DNA of 64,000 nt from the human T2T-CHM13v2.0 reference genome, Homo sapiens: assembly GCF_009914755.1 (NCBI RefSeq), contig NC_060938.1; one strand, 5' to 3'. The notes beneath the pieces were generated by a model. It saw nothing but the letters and a program-made list of their open reading frames with translations, did no database searches and was not told where the DNA came from. The position numbers were made by a program, and so were the translations under genes. Of the stretch, positions 63,572 to 64,000 are shown piece after piece. The number at the start of each line of letters is the position of its first letter. The stretch's first letter is position 1.

Positions 63572-64000
63572 GAATGGAAAGTTTTCCTTATATGTTTATA
63601 TTTTTCAGTTCTATAACTTTGGAAAGTTCAGGATCCAAAATTGAAAAATCAAATGTAAAAATCATGAAAAATCCTCCTATGAATTCTGATTTTAACGAAG
63701 CCTTAATATCTGCTCTTTGACGTGTTAGGCACTTGGGACTGGGAACAGAAGGGACAATGAATCAGCAAGCCATCTAATTCTTTTTGCATCTGTAGATATA
63801 TTGAGTCTAGGGGGTGATTTTATCGTCAATAGTTCTGTTTAATTGTTTTAAGCTGAAGTTGTTAAATTTCTTAAGACTTCCAAGTTATTACTAGTAATCA
63901 GAGTCAACATAATTAGATGTCTTTTCTTGAAATGACCTGTTTTTTTGTAAAGCTATTTAGCTGGCATGTTTTTTGTTTGTTTTGAGAGTGTTTGGAAGGG

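Overview
This is AT-rich primate (human-like) genomic DNA from inside the AKAP6 (mAKAP, muscle A-kinase anchoring protein) gene, transcribed on the + strand. Three in-frame, phase-0 coding exons (21244-21390, 24448-24672, 62473-62688) encode the end of spectrin repeat 2 and spectrin repeat 3. The rest is intron, containing a full-length Tigger1, two long antisense L1M elements, solo LTRs (MER50-like, MSTA-like), several Alus, a FAM, MITEs (MADE1, MER58A, MER63A, MER5A), MIR/L2 remnants and microsatellites. The most interesting signal is at the first exon. It ends in a very weak donor (GGG|GTATTT), and the frame continues into the intron for 26 codons that form a transmembrane helix plus a short basic tail (VFAFLLLFVGYVYIFCVV-KYSVRFLI*). 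This predicts a tail-anchored, nesprin-like AKAP6 product lacking spectrin repeat 3 and the PKA-anchoring region. Upstream, in a ~14.6 kb stretch with no recognisable Alu, L1 or LTR, lie a TATA + perfect Kozak + donor module (16863-16975), an RFX X-box and a candidate microexon. Together these could produce a 70-96 aa membrane microprotein from inside the gene, but that model is speculative. A QKI-motif cluster follows the last exon. Gene identity and repeat families are recognised from memory, not from a search.
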